Origin: Guillardia theta CCMP2712
Taxonomy: Eukaryota > Protista > Cryptophyta
Reading direction: 5' to 3'
DNA: 64,000 bases
NCBI RefSeq assembly: GCF_000315625.1
Contig: NW_005434637.1
Span: 381,985 to 445,984, forward strand
Positions 1-16,662 of this stretch are shown here, piece by piece. The notes below the pieces were generated by a model that did not search any database, was not told the origin of the DNA, and saw only the letters and a program-made list of their open reading frames with translations. Position numbers and translations under genes: made by a program. Each line of letters starts with the position of its first letter. Within the stretch, counting starts at the first letter, position 1.

Positions 1-430
1 CGGCCGGACTCGACCGGCGGGCCGCTCAGCGGCTCGGCTCCCGGCGGCGAACGCACGGGACCGGCGTCGGACGTTGAACTACCGTACTGAGGCGGCCTGA
101 CCAAGTTGTCACTCAGCAGTGAACATAACTGCCAAAGTTTACCCGATCACTGGACCCCTCCGGCCCGGTCCGATCACCGTCACGCCGTCATGCCCGGCAC
201 GGTGACGGTGTGACCGTACGGTGCAGTGCCCGGCCGCGGCCGGCAGTGTGATCGGACGGCCCACTGCCAACTTGCCGCAGTGCAAGTTGCGGCCTGGCAC
301 TACCGTCGGGTACCGTACGGTCGGGCGCCGGACTCCGACTCGCCGAGCCTCCGGGTCAGACGTCCGATCCGATCATCGGCCGATCGGATTGCCAAGTTGT
401 GACTTTGTCAGCGGTGTACCGCACCGAGGC
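1..430. other. GC-rich palindromic-word island upstream of PIF1 (similar islands at ~12745-12880, 34770-35040, 38495-38840, 53670-54025, 60100-60260, 60620-60750, 63775-63900)
   Basis: Dense CCGG/GGCC/CGATCG/GTAC/GTCAC/GACTC/AAGTT words in intergenic positions. Confidence 0.6.
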
Positions 431-639
431 AGCCTCACCGTTGTATATGTTGAGTAAAATTCTTGCTCTAAGGGACCGTTGCTCCATACACGCCTTTACG
501 AAAAATCCGAGAGAGCGTGTGAGAGGAGGACGAGTGGAGGGAGAGCGATAGCGGTACAGGCAACGTCCCCAGAATCGAGAGCTAGAGAACCTCATCTGCA
601 CCTTCATCGCATCTCCGGACAGACAACTTGCCTCCTATC

Positions 640-4833
<4,194 letters not shown>

Positions 4834-4894
4834 TCCTGTGAGGAGGACGAAGACCAACAAACATCTCATCCTCAACCCACGAGGCTCGTAGAAT

Positions 4895-5566
4895 CTAGCA
4901 CTTCTTCTCAGGGGCGATCGACGACGTCAACCCTGCCTTCTGCAACCCCAGGCTGTACTCTCTCGCAAGCTGCTTCCATGTTGTCGTAACTGTGGCCAAC
5001 CCGCTCTTGTGTGCCTCCATCGTGATCCTGTGGGCCTTCTTGCGCGTCACCGTCCGCACTACCTTGACGATCGTGTCGATCACATAGTCGAAAGTGTGAA
5101 CGTCGTCGTTGTGGAGAAGAACGCGCCAGATCGGCTCCTTGTCCACTTGCTCCTTCTTCTCGTAATCGGCAGCCTGTCCTGCTCCTCAGTATTCTGCCCA
5201 TCCCTCCCCCTCTTCCTCCTCTCCTCTTACCTTGTCAAGATCAGGTGGCTTCGTCAGCACAGCAACACCAGCTCCTCCTCCCTCTTGATCCTTCGAGAAA
5301 TCCGGTCCTCCCTTGCCCCCCACATTGCCCCCCGATCCTCCCTTGTTGATCTTGCTGGCTCCCCCGTCGCCAGGGCGCGCCATCATGACAGCAGCGAGCG
5401 GCGACTGCCGATGCTGGCAAAGAGAAGCAAATCGATTTTCCTTCCTCAAGTTGAGCATGGGAGAGAAACCGAACCCATTGACATCACAGACAATGAAGAG
5501 AACACCGAGCAAGACGCAGGATGACTTGACCATTCTTCTTGACGAGCAGCAACTCCCTCGATCCAA
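4895..5566 (-). CDS. clpS: ClpS adaptor with bipartite plastid-targeting presequence (intron 5174-5230)
   Basis: ClpS domain WRVLLHNDDVHTFDYVIDTIVKVV...AHRITMEAHKSG. The N-terminal signal VLLGVLFIVCDVNG is followed by Phe (FGFSP), as in complex-plastid stromal targeting. Confidence 0.92.
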
Positions 5567-6980
5567 GATGTCTGCAAAACCTCTCTCACGCTCCTTTCGA
5601 GAACCTGAATGCCATCGTCAACACTCGTCGGTTTCGTTCAATTTCATGCAATGGCATTCGCCACATTGAAACCAACCAACCATGCACTGACAACCCTAGG
5701 TACTTTGTTGGAGACAGAGCGCGCGCAAGATCAGAAGCATGATCTTCCCTCCCTTTCTAACGAAATCTCAGGCTAACTTGATGGAATGATAACAATAAAT
5801 CTGTTCTCTACCCTGAAACCTTCCTGCTGCCTCCCCTCATCAAATCGTACATAGCTGGCCAAAGTCGTCATGAAATGCCGCAACAGTGACCTTGCAGCCA
5901 CCCACGCCCCACACGAGAAGGAGTCAGTCTCATCTTCCTTGCAGATACCTTCACTTATGCCATTCTCCTCGCTCCTCCCATCCTCGCTCTGCATTCTCCA
6001 CCTTCACTTCATCTACCCATCCTCGTGCGGCCTCTGCATTGAAAGGGGGGGGGGGGAGGGAGATAGTGGGTTCGATGTCCTAGAAAGGTCATAGGGATGT
6101 TATAGAATTACTACGGACTCTCTACATATTGTACCGTAGCGGCCATAGGAAGTATAAGAACTATCACTTTTAGGTGATAGTTTTGTGGGTCCTAGTGAAG
6201 TCATAGAAGTCTACGAGAAACCGAATGTTCTGGTACATGCACAAAAGAGAGAAAACATCGTTTCACTTAAAACAATTATGTATTACCGTTACACTCAGTT
6301 ATGTTTTACCCCCATCCCCCCTCTGCGGGTTATGACAAAAAGGGGACCCCTCCTTCGAAGCACGCTTTTAAATATTCTATTTCATATTTTAAATATTTGT
6401 TTTCAAAGTTGAAAATTTAAGTAAATAGTTGATATCTATATTCTCAATCTGGACCCCACCATCACAGGTGATACTTTTACACCGAAGCATCCAGTTCCAT
6501 CACCCCTACCCCCTATTTTACCGAAATTTGTACTATAATTTTGTAATCTTACCCCTGCTTTTCGACCACCCTCAACCTTCAAATATGTACTTTTATGATC
6601 TATAACTATTTAAGGACAGTGCCGTATGACACGTTTGCGGTACAAACTAATAATGAATTTTTTAAAAACTACTACCCACCTTTTGAGCAGTTTTGGACCC
6701 CATGGAAAGCCTTTTAAAACACCACTTCTTTAAAATTTACAAACTACCCCCACCCCCTTTTCCACAAGAGTCCCTGCTATCCAAAGTATACTTGGAGTAG
6801 AAAGAGCTTGCCTCAGAATTCCACTAGATCTCTCTGAAAGACAGCAATCAATTATTAGATGAATCAATGGGACAGGACAAAACCTGAGTGAAGCAGTCAA
6901 AATGACCGCCGTCACTCAGCCAGTCGCACTCGAAGGAGCTGAATTTGTACAGGAGGAGGAGGAGGAGGTGGTGGAAGAGG

Positions 6981-7020
<40 letters not shown>

Positions 7021-7205
7021 ACTCACCAATCATGCTCAGCGGCCTGTCAAACACTATGTAGGCAGTGAGCATAAGAGAGGAAACCAGAGAGTGGAGGTGC
7101 TGGGAAGATTGAGAATCGTTGCTGATCTCTGGTTCCTAATAGGTCGAGGCTTGACCACGCCGCCCGAACCTGTCCTGACTCACCGCTGTAGCCGGGCTCA
7201 GAACC

Positions 7206-10200
7206 ATGGCGAACACGAACCGTTCCATGCTGCAGAGAAAGAGCTCGATCTTTCATGAAACTCAAGGGGACGCAAGGAAGAAGCGGACCATGGGGAACGG
7301 ATGGAGGGATTGCTTCCTCATTCTCTCCAATGGGAAGCTGTATTACTATGATTCGAGGCAGGCGTACGTCGATAGCCCAGGCGAGCCTCTCGGCGATATC
7401 GACGTGGTGAACGCCCGGGTGAAGCAGGGCTCGCAGGATGAGAACGGACATATCTTTACCCTCCAAGAAGCGGCTTCATCCCGCCTGCACGTCTTCGCCT
7501 GCCAGACCATCCAGGAGGTCGGCATGTGGATCTCAGCGGTGGAAGCCTTCGTAGTGCCGGAGGAGGTTCTGTCTGCGATCGATCGCGCTTCCCACTCCAG
7601 TGATCCGCTCCCTGCAGGTGGAGCAAGCGGAGCATGACAGCGATCACTTCACGATGATACGAATGGGCGAAGCTCCTGTCTCCATGAGGAAGCATCTTGA
7701 AGGTCAGAGCACGGACCTTCCTCCTCCTCCTCCTCCTCCTCCTCCCCCGCGTTGGACACTTGATCAAAAGGTAACACTCTGTGCAGGGTGGTCTAGCCAG
7801 AACCGTCAGAAGAGCTTCATTGGACGCGTCTTCGGTGATCCCTCCCCACCCATCGCGACAGGGCCTGACGCGTTTCCCAGGAATCGTGGAAGGAAGCGGC
7901 GGTTCTCGACTGATCCATCCCATGGCACCGTTCGCTCTCCATTTGCAGGTCTGAGAGCGGAGGGGGTAGGAAGGGGGAGGATAACAGGATCTTTGCAGCT
8001 CATCTCAGCCATGTTCGTGATCTACTCTTGCATCGAGACGCCAGCCGTGCTGGCCTTCTCCGATGCAGGCTCATGTGACTGGCCTGTGACCAACACTATC
8101 GACCTTGTCATCGAGGTTTTCTTCATGTTCGAGATATTCGTTCAGTTCTTCGTCGGTTTCTACGACGAGCTGGGGAACTACATTGACAATGTCAAGGATA
8201 TCGCTCTGGAGTACTTGAAGTCTCGGTTCTGGTTTGACACGTCGACAGCTCTCCCCTTCACTTGGGTGGAGCTGTTTGTTTGGATCTCCACATGCTCCAA
8301 TCACAACAACAACTCTGTCAAGTCCTGGTCGCAGGTCCTCAAGGTGCTCTTTCGAGTCCTCCGACCCCTCAGGCTGCTCAAGATCTTTCGGTTCGTCCGG
8401 GTGATGCAAGTCTGGGGAGCGTACAGCATCCGCATCAAGCTCTGGATCCAGAAAGTCATCATGATCTCCTTCACCGTCTTCTTCATCGTCCATATCTACA
8501 GCTGCATCTGGTGGATTTTGAAGCAGTACGTGACCCCTGACGAGGAACTCCAGCTCTTCCTCCACGACTTCAACGTCAGCCAGACCGACAGCGGGGGCAA
8601 GTACATCTTGTCCGGCTACTTCATCAACACGATCTTCACCACGGTCCGTCGAGATCTCTTCGTCCGGTCACTCTCACTCTCACCCAGGTTGGCTTCGGCG
8701 ACATCAGCGCGGACACACCAGGAGAGATGATCTTCTGCGTGGTTGCTGAGTGGACAGGCGCCATCGCCTTCGCCTTCATGATCTCCCACCTACAGGTCTG
8801 AGCGCATGAAAGCAAGCTAACAAGAGAGCTGACTGGTTCTTTCCTCCCTCCCTCCCTCCCTCCCTCCCTCCCTCCCTCCCTCCCTTCCTCAGGACGCAGT
8901 CTCCAAGTTCAACGCTCGGTCCGACGCCCAGCGAGAGGAGCTGGAGCGCGTGATGTTGTTCCTGCGCAAGAAGCGCTGCCCCAACTTTCTTGCTAACAAG
9001 GTTCGCCACTGGGTCCACTACACGCACTCGGCCAAGGCAGAAGAGGAGGAGAGGAGCTCTATTCTTCAATCCCTTCCCCCGCACCTCGGAGAGCAACTCG
9101 CCCTGCACCTCAACGAGGGCGTCATCGCCCGCATCCCTATATTCTCAAGCATCCAATCAGCCCATCGCAACAATTTCTTTGCCAGCATTCTCTTCTCCTC
9201 CATCTGGGAAATGTACGGCCCCGGGTGAGTACGCTCCTTCCTCTTCAGCCTTCCTTGACAGACTTGCCAGCGACATGGTCGCCTTCCACAACGACCCGGC
9301 CTTCCGCCTCTGCATGATAGCCTCGGGCTCCGTCTCTGTCATAGGAAAGAACAAAGAGACGAGCAAACTCGTGGCAACGCTGCGGGCAGGCGATCACTTC
9401 GGGGAGTACTCGCTGCTCGGGGACCAACAGTGTGACGTCACCATGCTCGCCGCCTGCCTTCTGAGCTTGTGACAGGTGGGGAGCAGAGATGGGGATCAGA
9501 GCCGACTACATCGCCAACGAGATGTGCGAGATCAGGTCCGTGAGCGTCGCGGCCCTCCAGAAGGCGTTGAACTACTACCCCGAGATCTCCGACCAGATCG
9601 ACGAGATGAGGGAGCAGAGGGAGAACGAGCAGGTTGGCAACTGCCAGTACCTCCTTGACGACCGGGAGATCCAGCTGGCAAGGTGGAAGAAGCTCTGCCA
9701 GACCCTCATGGACTCGAAACGAGAGCTCTGGAGGAAGGTCGCGTTCGTCACGGAGGCCCAAAGAGCGTCCAACGCCGATGGAAATGCACATGCACGACGG
9801 GCGAGCGCCAGCTCGCAGGACCTGCTCCAGAGCCACTTGAAGTCCGGCTCCATGTACAGCGGGTCTCGGAGGGTGAGGAGAGAGGCTGGCAGGATTCGAA
9901 CTGAAAACCACGACCAGGCGAGTGAGGTATCGATGCAAGCCCCGTCTTCCAACGGACAATCGAACCATGTCCATCCTAACGTCGTGGTCCATCCTGTATC
10001 TCACCTTGCTCCTCCTCCTCCTCTTGCTCCTCTTGCTCCTCTTGTTCCTCTTGCTCCTCTTGTTCCAGTCCCTGAGCAAGTGGACGCCCATCCAAACCAG
10101 CAACACCTTGCTCCTGAGCCGAGCAGACAGATCGACGGAGAATTTCTCCAGAAGATGGAAGGTAATGTTTCTCCTCCTCCTGCTCCTTCCTGACCCTGAG

Positions 10201-10739
10201 GCTCGCAAGGCCTGCAGGATTTCTTCAAGACCCGCATGACGCGCCTGGAGCTCGAGATGGCAGAGTTCCGAGAGCAGACGAGGAGGCAGAACGAGGAGAT
10301 CCTGCAGCTGCTGAAGGAGGAGAGGAGGATGGGGTACGCTCCTACCATCTCCGACGACGTCGAAGACGACATGTCCGATTTCGAATCTTTCGTCCACGCG
10401 TTCTCCAAACCCGCCGGCCGCCCTCCTATACAGGAGCGCCAGGGAAGGCCAGCGACGGTCGCCATGGCAGAGGAGCACATTGCACCGGTGAACCCGCACG
10501 GCTCGAGCGTCGTTCTGGTGGACAGAGGTGAGCAGGAGTCATCGGCAACTTGTAGATCGACTAAGATGTCAATGTCAGGAGGGAGGCAGGACTTGAAGCA
10601 GAAGCTGCACGCCATGAAGGAGAGTCTTGAGAAACGAGTCCGCGATACCCCGCGAGGCATGTGGAGGAGGGGATCCAACCCGTTCACCTTCCGAGACGAC
10701 AAGGTCCTGCGAAACTGGAAGGTGGTGGACAAGAAGTGA
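7206..10739 (+). CDS. Voltage-gated K+ channel of the CNBD (EAG/HCN/CNG-like) superfamily with N-terminal PH domain; further 5' exons from ~6902 possible
   Basis: PH-like exon (WRDCFLILSNGKLYYY...HIFTL...HVFACQT...WISAV); S4 RVLRPLRLLKIFRFVR; pore TTVGFGD split by intron 8644-8687; C-linker (LQSLPPHLGEQLALHLN); cNMP-binding domain (IASGSV...LRAGDHFGEYSLL). Confidence 0.88.
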
Positions 10740-10837
10740 AAGCAAGGGAGCTAAACACCTGATCCTCCCTCCTGACCCTGATAATTCAATGAAGCTGCGA
10801 TTGACTCGGATTGCTCTGGGCGCAGCACGTGCGGTCA

Positions 10838-12533
10838 CTACCAGAACCAGTAGAAGGGTCTGTATTCCAACGACTGCACCGTCTTATCGTTCCACCCCAA
10901 GTTCCTCCTGTTGCTCGAGGACTTCATAGGCGACGGTCGCAGCTCGACAACGGGGCTCGTTGCCGCTGGGCTGGGCCCTTCCTGCTCCTCCAGCTCCTCG
11001 TCTCGCCCGGCCGACAGGACAGGCTCCTGACTCGATCCCCTCCCTGAACCCTTGAAGTCCCTTCTGCCCCCCTGCTTGCCTGCTTCCTCCTCCCCTCGAA
11101 TCGAGTCCGTCCAGGCATGCACGACTGGCGACCGAGGCGCTCTGACCTTGCGGTCCCCTGCCTCTACAGCTCTTATCCTGCTGTCCTTGGAAGCATCGCC
11201 TACCACGTGCTCCTGCTCCTCCACAAGCTCCAGCGGCCTCTTGATATGCACCCCCTCCTTCTTCAGCGTTCGGTTCAGAGGACTTGGCAGCGGGACCTCG
11301 CTCTCTCTCAGCAGCAGGCCAGCAGTCCTCCCAGCTGGCTGCTTCCTGTCGCCGCTTGAAGTCCCACCGTCCTCGTTCCTCTCGTCCTGCCTGTCACTCT
11401 GACTTCCATCCACATCCCTTCTTGCTGCCTCCTCCTCCTCCGACTTGTTCAGCTCGTGGACGATCATGTCCTCCAGCCATCGAGTGCGACCCAACTTGTC
11501 GCCGGCGTTCTCGGGAGATCGGAGGATCCCGACGGGGCTGCTGACGACATCGATGGGCGGAGGTCGAAACTCGGGGGTCGACCTGCGGAACGAGCCTGGA
11601 AGGTTGTTCAGGAAAGAGGAGAGGGAGGGAAGGAGAGAAGGGGAGGAAGGGGAGGAGAAGAGGAGGAGGAGAGGAGGACGGGAAGAAGAAAAAGTGGGAG
11701 GGGTGGGAAGTCGAAGGAGGAGGGGAGGGGGGAGAGGGGAGGAGGAAGAGGAGGACGGGACAGAAAGGAGGGAGTGGAGAGTCGAAGGAGGGAGGGAGGG
11801 GAGGGGAGGCACCGCTGTCGGCTGTGGAGCTCAGGTGCCATTTGTCGATCTTGATCTTTGACTTGGAGGGAAACACTACAAGGCAGAGCATGTCAGACAC
11901 TCGCCTTGAGAGAGGAGAGGAGCATTCACAGGAGATCCCCGAGAAGGAAAGTCTCTTCGACTGCACCTCAAGTTTGTCGTACACAAAGTCATCCGACATG
12001 TCCTAGTCACGACAGAGGGAGGAAGTCAGGAACCTGACTGCGGTATCAGACACCGCCGCTACCTTGAAGGAGACTTTGCGCTGTTCCTGCTGCAATCACC
12101 ATCGTCAGTGGGAGACGCAGCTGGCAGCAGAGGCAGGCAAGACCTCGGACGCTCTCCTCCCCCTCTCGTTCTTGCGGGGGGTCGTGGCTCCATGGAATCC
12201 TTTCTGGTTCTCTCTCGTGTTCTCCAGCGTCAGACTATGCAGCTCCTTGACCGCTGGGTCCTTGTCGTTTGCCAGGGCGCTCTTGAAGCTCGCGGAGCCC
12301 ATCCTATCCCAGCTCCCTACCACTAGCCTCCATCGAATGGGATCAAACCCTCTCGGCCCACTGAAGGCTCTTCAACCTCAGCCGATGATCGGTAAGGTGG
12401 CTGGCAGCGGGCACATCATCCTTCAACCTTCTCTACAACCCTCCTCGCTCCTCGGGCCTCGATCCTCGGGACTCAGGCTCCTCTCGCCCGGCCGTTGTCC
12501 CCGCAGCCTCCTCTCCCTCCCCGGCTCGCCCAT
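10838..12533 (-). CDS. Hypothetical low-complexity multi-exon protein
   Basis: Long minus-strand open stretches separated by intron-like segments. No recognisable domain; boundaries uncertain. Confidence 0.4.
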
Positions 12534-12966
12534 GGCTCTCCTTGAATCATATCCGCCCACCCGGCCCTTTAACGCCCTGGGTACTTTTAGGGGCCCATTT
12601 CCGTTACAACGGCAGTAACGCTCTTGTTTACTGCACACACGGACTACCCGAAGTCACCAAAGTTACGAACATTTCAATGTAACCGTCAGAGTAACCGTAA
12701 AATCCGGGGAGGTTACTTAACTGTGAGTGTCCGGTCAGTGATCATCCGCTGCCCTGGGCCCCGGCGACCGGCAGCCCCGGCGCCCCCCCCCCTCCCGGGG
12801 CCCGGCCGGGTCTTAATGTCACCGTCGCCGGGTGGTCCGATCATGAGTCATGCGGCCGGGCGGCGGCCGGGCCTGAGGATGGAATGAGGGGGATGAGGTG
12901 TAGATAAGAGTGCGAAGGTGACATGGAGGAAGCGGAGGAGGAGGAGGAGGAGCGCTGAAGTGATCG

Positions 12967-14661
12967 ATGCAGGAGGAGACGGAATCAGACATGGCAGAAG
13001 ACCTTCGAAGTGAAGCACCCAAGTAGGCTCTGCTGCTCGATGCTCCTTCTGACTGTCATGTCGGCAGCGCTGCCAGCAATGGTGGACACGAGGGCGGAGT
13101 GAGAGACGGCACTGCTAACAGCAGCGAGGAAAGCAGAGGTTTTTCACAAGAGACAAGTGATGAATCGATTAGTGTGATGCTAGTGAAGTCACGGTGATCT
13201 TCGTTTCCACCAGGTCTCGACAAGAAACCGAGCGACAGGGTTGAACGAGATTGGTCGAGGGAGGAAGAAAAGTCGGCCGATCGGCTATGGCGCAGAGATC
13301 GATCTCGCGACCGGCGGAATGGATCGAGGGATCGACAGAAGGACAGATCCAGGGATAGACGACGCGACAGGTCTCGGGATCGGGGGAGGGACAGGTCTCG
13401 GGATCGGGGGAGGACAGGTCTCGGGATCGGGGGAGGGACAGGTCTCGGGACCGGGGAGGGACAGGTCTCGGGATCGGGGGAGGGACAGGTCTCGGGACCG
13501 GGGGAGGGACAGGTCTCGGGACCGGGGGAGGGACAGGGCTCGAGACAGATCATGGCATAGGGAGAGAAGAAGATCGAGGGATCGAAGGTATGCTCTCCGT
13601 CAAGTTGTTGGTCGGCCGGCAGGCGTTTTCAGCTGATGTCAGGATGTTGCTTCAGGTCCAGGGATCCGTCTCCTTCGAGAAGGTGACGCAAGCTCACAAT
13701 GACGTGCGCCTTGACCAGCCTCCTCCTCCTCCTCCTCTTTCTCCGCCTCCTCTTCCCCCTCCTCCCCCTCTTCCTCCTCCTCTTCCTCCTCCTCTTCCTC
13801 CTCCATCACTACGTCCTCCTCTTCCTCCTCCAGGGACAGCGACAGAAGGGATCGCAAGTCTCCCGACGGCGAGAACCGACCTAAGGCTGCTGAGGGTGCT
13901 CCGGTGAGGTGCCGTGTGCCATGGTGCTAGTTCGGCTCAATGTCCCCGTTGCAGGAGAGTCAGACGCCCGTGAAGTTGTCTGGGGGATCGATCGTGAGTG
14001 AAGCGCTGAACAAGCTGCAGATGCAGGTGAGATGAGAGAACGGAGTCGTGAAGGACAAGAGAGCGAGGAAGAGGAGTGAGGGAAAGAGGGGAAGGTGAGC
14101 GAGGGAGCGAGGGAGCGAGGGAGCGAGGGAGCGAGGGAGCGAGGGAGGAGTGAGTGAGTGAGTGAGTGAGTGAGGGAGGGAGGGATGATTCATGATGCGA
14201 TGACATTTCGCAGCTTCGAGCCGAGATGAACAACAGTCCTGCTCTTGCAAAGGCGAAGATCAGCGCTAAACGGCTGTACATCGGGAACCTGCCTGTTGGA
14301 CTTCCCGTGAGTTCGAATGTATTGGGTAGGAACGAACATTGATTGCTCTTTCTCCGTCATGCTGCTCTTGTCTGTGATTGTTGTGCTCTTCCCTGCGCTC
14401 TTCGCTCTTTCTCCTCCCCCACAACCAGGGCGTCGAAGCACAGCTGATGGAGCATGCCAACCAAACTCTCATCTCGTCCGGATGGCACAATCCGGACCTG
14501 CCAGGTGATGCAAAGTTATTCCTCCTCCTCATCCTCCTCCTCCTCCTCCTCCTCCCCGCCACCCTCCCTCTACTCCCTTCCTCATCCGTCTCGCAGGTAA
14601 CCCCGTCATCTCGGTCTGGTTTTCTCCTCAACAAACCTTTGGCTTCCTTGAGTTCCGATCG
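12967..14661 (+). CDS. U2AF65-like splicing factor (RS domain + RRM1), running into the assembly gap
   Basis: RDRSRDRG repeats, then AKRLYIGNLPVG, LMEHANQTL, GNPVISV and TFGFLEFRS, matching U2AF2 RRM1 RNP motifs. The 3' part is not visible. Confidence 0.75.
13366..13548 (+). repeat. 24-bp tandem repeat encoding RS domain (DRSRDRGR)
   Basis: GACAGGTCTCGGGAYCGGGGGAGG about 7 times; two units are 23 bp. Confidence 0.9.
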
Positions 14662-14805
14662 GTGAGGAGGAGGAGGAGGCTCACAAAGTCGACAGGAAAG
14701 TCGAGGAGGAGGGGGAGGAGGAGGAGGAGGGAGGAGGAGGGAGGAGGAGGGAGGAGGAGGAGGAGGAGGAGAGAGGAGGACAGAAAAGATTAATTGAGGA
14801 CAAGA

Positions 14806-15436
14806 NNNNNNNNNNNNNNNNNNNNNNNNNNNNNNNNNNNNNNNNNNNNNNNNNNNNNNNNNNNNNNNNNNNNNNNNNNNNNNNNNNNNNNNNNNNNNNN
14901 NNNNNNNNNNNNNNNNNNNNNNNNNNNNNNNNNNNNNNNNNNNNNNNNNNNNNNNNNNNNNNNNNNNNNNNNNNNNNNNNNNNNNNNNNNNNNNNNNNNN
15001 NNNNNNNNNNNNNNNNNNNNNNNNNNNNNNNNNNNNNNNNNNNNNNNNNNNNNNNNNNNNNNNNNNNNNNNNNNNNNNNNNNNNNNNNNNNNNNNNNNNN
15101 NNNNNNNNNNNNNNNNNNNNNNNNNNNNNNNNNNNNNNNNNNNNNNNNNNNNNNNNNNNNNNNNNNNNNNNNNNNNNNNNNNNNNNNNNNNNNNNNNNNN
15201 NNNNNNNNNNNNNNNNNNNNNNNNNNNNNNNNNNNNNNNNNNNNNNNNNNNNNNNNNNNNNNNNNNNNNNNNNNNNNNNNNNNNNNNNNNNNNNNNNNNN
15301 NNNNNNNNNNNNNNNNNNNNNNNNNNNNNNNNNNNNNNNNNNNNNNNNNNNNNNNNNNNNNNNNNNNNNNNNNNNNNNNNNNNNNNNNNNNNNNNNNNNN
15401 NNNNNNNNNNNNNNNNNNNNNNNNNNNNNNNNNNNN
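14806..15436. other. Assembly gap (631 N)
   Basis: Run of n. Confidence 1.
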
Positions 15437-15570
15437 GGTATTGAGAGGGGAGAAGAACACCATAATTCCTGAATGAAAAGTTATATTGTTTGACATGGAC
15501 ATTTGCATATTAAGGTTACCCTTACTCCTCCTCCTCCTCCTCCTCCTCGCTCTTTCTCTTCCTCCTCCTC

Positions 15571-16624
15571 TCAGCTCGTCGTGTTCTCCTCCTGCTCCTC
15601 CTCCTGCTCCTCCTCCATCATCTCGCTCACTGCCGCTCTCCCCTTCCTTGTCCTGCTCAGCGCCTCCCGCAGCTCCTCTGCGATGTAGCGCTCAGCCCAA
15701 AGCTGATCTTGCTGCTCAGTGGAGGAGAGTCAGAGGGGTTGAAGGCAAGAGGAAGAAGGGGGAGGGGAAGAAGGTGGGGGAGGCAGAAGTGAGGAGGAGG
15801 AGGAACATGAGGAGGAGGAGGAACATGAGGAGGAGGAGGAGGAGGAGGAGGAGGAATGTGGAGAGAGGACCTTGAGTGAGATGATCTGTTGCTCAAGCTT
15901 GTTTCCTCTCTCCTTCTCCTCTCTGACTCTTCTCTCCGCCTCCTCCCACTCCTCCGTCGCCCTGACCTGTTCCTGCTCTGCTCTCTCGAGCTCCTTCGCC
16001 TTCCTCCGCAGCTGCTCGGAAGATGCTGCAGCCTTCCAGGACAGGAAGCGCGCGAGGAGGAAGAGAGACCTGGAGGTTTCCTTCTCTTGCTGGAGGAGGT
16101 TGAGAGTGAGTGGATCAGAGCAGGAGAGGGGGAGAAGAAGGAGAAGGGGAGATGGGAGAGCGAGGTGAGAGGGCGGGAGAGGAAGAGAGGGAGGGAGAGG
16201 GAGCAATGAAGACTGAGGGAGGACAGGACGAGATACAGAGGAGGAGATCAGCTGGGAGGAGAGAGGGAGGCAGCAGGAGGAGCAGGAGGAGCAGAACACC
16301 TGGAGCAGCCTATTCGTCAAGATCAGGTTCGTGTTGAGCCTCCTCAGCTTGTGGAACTTGTTCTTGACGCTGTTCAGCTCCGCAAGGACGTCGACCTCCA
16401 GCTCTCTGAACACTTTCCTGTACCTCTCCTCATAGCTCGCCAGCCTCCCTGACGTCAAGCAGACGATCCCGGCATGAAGGGCCTCCAGCGTTGCACACGT
16501 CCGCTCCGTCTGCCTGATCACGCTGATGACGTCACCAGGGATTTTACCCCCACCTCCTCCTCCGTCCTCGGTCGATGGACTAACGACACGCTCAGCCGTC
16601 GGCCCCTCCGTCTTGTGTCCCTGT

Positions 16625-16662
<38 letters not shown>

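Noticed and set aside
14681-15508. ORFs of 275 aa and 216 aa full of X
   Set aside because: Artefacts of the N gap.
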